From Seison nebaliae (taxonomy: Eukaryota): a stretch of 39,023 bases of DNA. The notes under the pieces were generated by a model. That model was not told the DNA's origin and searched no databases. It saw only the letters and a list, made by a program, of their open reading frames with translations. Position numbers and translations under genes: made by a program. The stretch lies in NCBI GenBank assembly GCA_023231475.1, contig JALJEE010002573.1, positions 1 through 39,023 on the forward strand, written 5' to 3'. Of the stretch, positions 36,406 to 39,023 are shown piece after piece; within the stretch, counting starts at the first letter, position 1; every line of letters begins with the position of its first letter.

Positions 36406-37930
36406 ATGGATTGGAATACTTTCAATATTTGTTCGCCGGATCGACGTCAATTTAAATTTACAATTTACGATACTAACGAATGTAACGAAGACTCGAAAGG
36501 AGTCGTTCGACATTATCCGAAATATGAGGAAATTGATAAAGTTTTCACGAATCTTCAATGAATTGACAATTTGAATTTCGATTTAGGATGACGTGCAAAT
36601 TTTTGATGGTTTGTTTTGTGGATTGACGAGTCGTCTCAATTTCATTCTAACTGATAACGAGACGGAATCGACCCAGAATAGTTTGACCATTTTCGAATCA
36701 AGCGGTCGATGTGCCGTTTCTAAGGAGATTAATCGATTGGTCTACACTCTCCATGCCATCGACGATCATTCACATCCCGACGACGAACAATTGTCGATGG
36801 ACGTGGTGGAAATATTCAACTTCCTCCAACGAATTTCGAACCAATTCAGGAATTTAGACGAATTATTCGATATCACATTGCCATTTATTAACAACGAATA
36901 TGAAGTCGACGTATCGAGAGTAGTGAAATCGCAAGTTTGATAATTCAAATTTCGAATTAAATTGTCTTTTTTTTATTGTTCGGAAGGAATTGGTGAAGTT
37001 TGAAGAATTATCAAATATTTTCAAAATGGATCTCGGTCAAATTTATTTGTCCTTTTTCATTTTGGATAATAAAGAGAATGTTCAAATTTATAATGACGTA
37101 CATGAAAGTAAATTGGAGGAACGAATGGCAGCCGTCTACTATTGGAAAAAGAGAAGGTTCTTCAAGTTTTCTTTCCCACCAACATTTTCCATTAGTTGAA
37201 ATGATTTGAAAAATATTTAGTGAATTGTTGAAAAGGAATGAAAAGATTTCCGATCGTCTACCTAAACGGATGGAAATCTTCACGTTCAATCATCCCTCCA
37301 CGTCATTGAACCATTTCCAATATCTGACGATTTGTTGTAATCGATATGTCGTCATTCTCCAACTAATGATCGACGATGAGAGAATGGAAGAGAATGTGAA
37401 ACTTTTGACGAATTTGGTTTCGACTCATTTCTCATAATTTCTCACCATTTCCACGTTCTCTTCAGTGGCTACATAGTTTGAACATTTTCGGAAAATTGGA
37501 TTTGTTATATCATCAAATTAATGACGATAATGAAAGTAATTCAACGATTTTTGATATGTCTCTCAACTCCACCAATTCCGGAAATAACATTCAATTTTTT
37601 ATTATCGAAGATAGATGTCGAATTAAAGGTTTTCACTCCATTTATCGTTTTAACACACATTCGATAAATGAATTTTTAAGGTTCCTGCATCTTTTTCGGA
37701 AATGATACGAACGAAGAAAAATTGTTCATAAAGAGATGTTGGAAATCTTACAAGAAACTTCGCTACAATTTGACAAAAATAAAATTTTTACGATTTCGCA
37801 TTTTGAAGTTTCGTTTTATTTATTTCTCTTTTTCATTGTTCTCCTCCCTCCTAGAGTTGATTATGCATTAATTCAAATCAAAAATGTGAAGGATCAATTA
37901 TTCATCACCTCTTTCACTTCAGTCCTATGA
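36406..37930 (+). CDS. HPS4/CCZ1-family longin-domain protein (putative), about 404 aa, 7 exons
   Basis: Exons 36406-36540, 36587-36934, 36987-37156, 37221-37416, 37466-37628, 37681-37807, 37855-37930 total 1215 nt in frame. N-terminus FTIYDT...GVVRHYP...IFDGLFCGL resembles the first longin domain of HPS4 (FFLYDG...GICYFYP...LLCGQIAGV). The gene model is stronger than the family call. Confidence 0.55.
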
Positions 37931-38488
37931 ATCGATTATTATAACCAATTATTCTAATGATATTTTCCCCATTTTTACTCAAATAAAAGTTACTTGTAAA
38001 TAAATTTTTTTCTTGTTTCTGATCAGAGTCATCGAGATGGTAGAAAGGTGAATTATGAACTTATTCTTATCATAAATGACAATGAAACAACAACAACAAC
38101 AACAGCAACATTCTTCTTTCGTCCACCAGCATCATGGATCTGGTGGAGATTGAAAGAGAACTAATTTATCGATAATTGAAATTTGTAATAATATGAGGAA
38201 ATTAAGTGCGCGCAAATTGAAGAGGACGTTTAAAATTTTTTTATTTTCCCACAAATTCTCCAAATGAATCAGGAAAATGAATGAACAAATGAAAACTGAT
38301 TAATTTCTTCCATCTCTATCACGATATGAATATGAATTAATTAGAAAATATTTCGAAAACACCTGACAAATAGTAGAAACGATCTAATTATATAAATTTT
38401 GTAGACGTTTTCTAATTATGATTCAACTAGTATATTGCACATAACATTGATTATGTAACGAGTCCAAAATGAAGAATAATGAATGAAA

Positions 38489-38586
38489 CAAAGTTCTAGT
38501 TAAGTTACAGAACGTAACTTATACGGTACGGAACGATTCTATAAATTATGCAAAGTCCTCGTTAAGTTACAGAATGTAACTTACAC
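38489..38586. repeat. Two copies of a 36-bp palindrome-containing repeat, period 62 bp
   Basis: CAAAGTTCTAGTTAAGTTACAGAACGTAACTTATAC and CAAAGTCCTCGTTAAGTTACAGAATGTAACTTACAC (4 mismatches). Each holds the stem TAAGTTAC-N5-GTAACTTA. Confidence 0.8.
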
Positions 38587-39023
38587 CATTAAGAAGGGAC
38601 CTATCAACAACGATCAAAAAGTCAGCCGGTTAACGACCTATAATACGCAAAAGAAGGAAGTTGAAACATCTGGTATGAAACTAAGCAATGTTTAACGACC
38701 CGATTAGATAATGTCGACCTTAACCGGTTATGTAAACTTACACCAACTCGGAAGTTGTGTACCTTTGGGAACGACTATAAATATGAGAATCAAAAAAAAA
38801 ACAATTATGCAATTCATTTTATTCATCAAGGCAATGCAACACCACACATTCATTTATCAAATCAATACGTGATGTCGGGACGGAAGAAGCTACGGACACA
38901 TTTCTAAATTCTACGTTGTCGAACCCGTATTACATTTATATCTTTCTCCTCACTTCTTTTCTATAATTTTAATGAGACGATTGCTCATACGTAAATAAAC
39001 TTCACATCTGACTCGAATGCTTC

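Noticed and set aside
23624..37930. Alternative genetic code or frameshifting to explain the broken ORFs
   Set aside because: Every break is resolved by a short GT-AG intron, and long genes use standard stops.
38489..38586. CRISPR-like look: 36-bp palindromic repeat with 26-bp spacer
   Set aside because: Only two imperfect copies, spacer-like sequence recurs downstream, no cas genes, and the context is eukaryotic.

Overview
AT-rich, gene-dense eukaryotic (animal) genomic DNA, not prokaryotic. I could not determine the species. Left to right it holds: a decayed non-LTR retrotransposon RT fragment; a divergent A/B-type cyclin; a 95-aa orphan ORF; a divergent intronless Argonaute with its catalytic residues substituted; a small spliced putative membrane-protein gene; a polyQ-rich synaptotagmin-like gene; a divergent condensin kleisin (CAP-H/Barren-like); a GC-richer hairpin-containing island; a spliced coiled-coil gene; twinfilin; AP-3 delta adaptin; a two-domain carboxypeptidase D-like gene; and an HPS4/CCZ1-like longin gene. 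The main signal came from splicing the genes by hand. All 21 introns in the four best-modelled genes are short (41-74 nt) and begin GTT (mostly GTT+pyrimidine), only 3 of 21 have +5 G, and none matches GTRAGT. This suggests a spliceosome with altered 5' splice-site recognition. All gene models are manual and have no transcript support.
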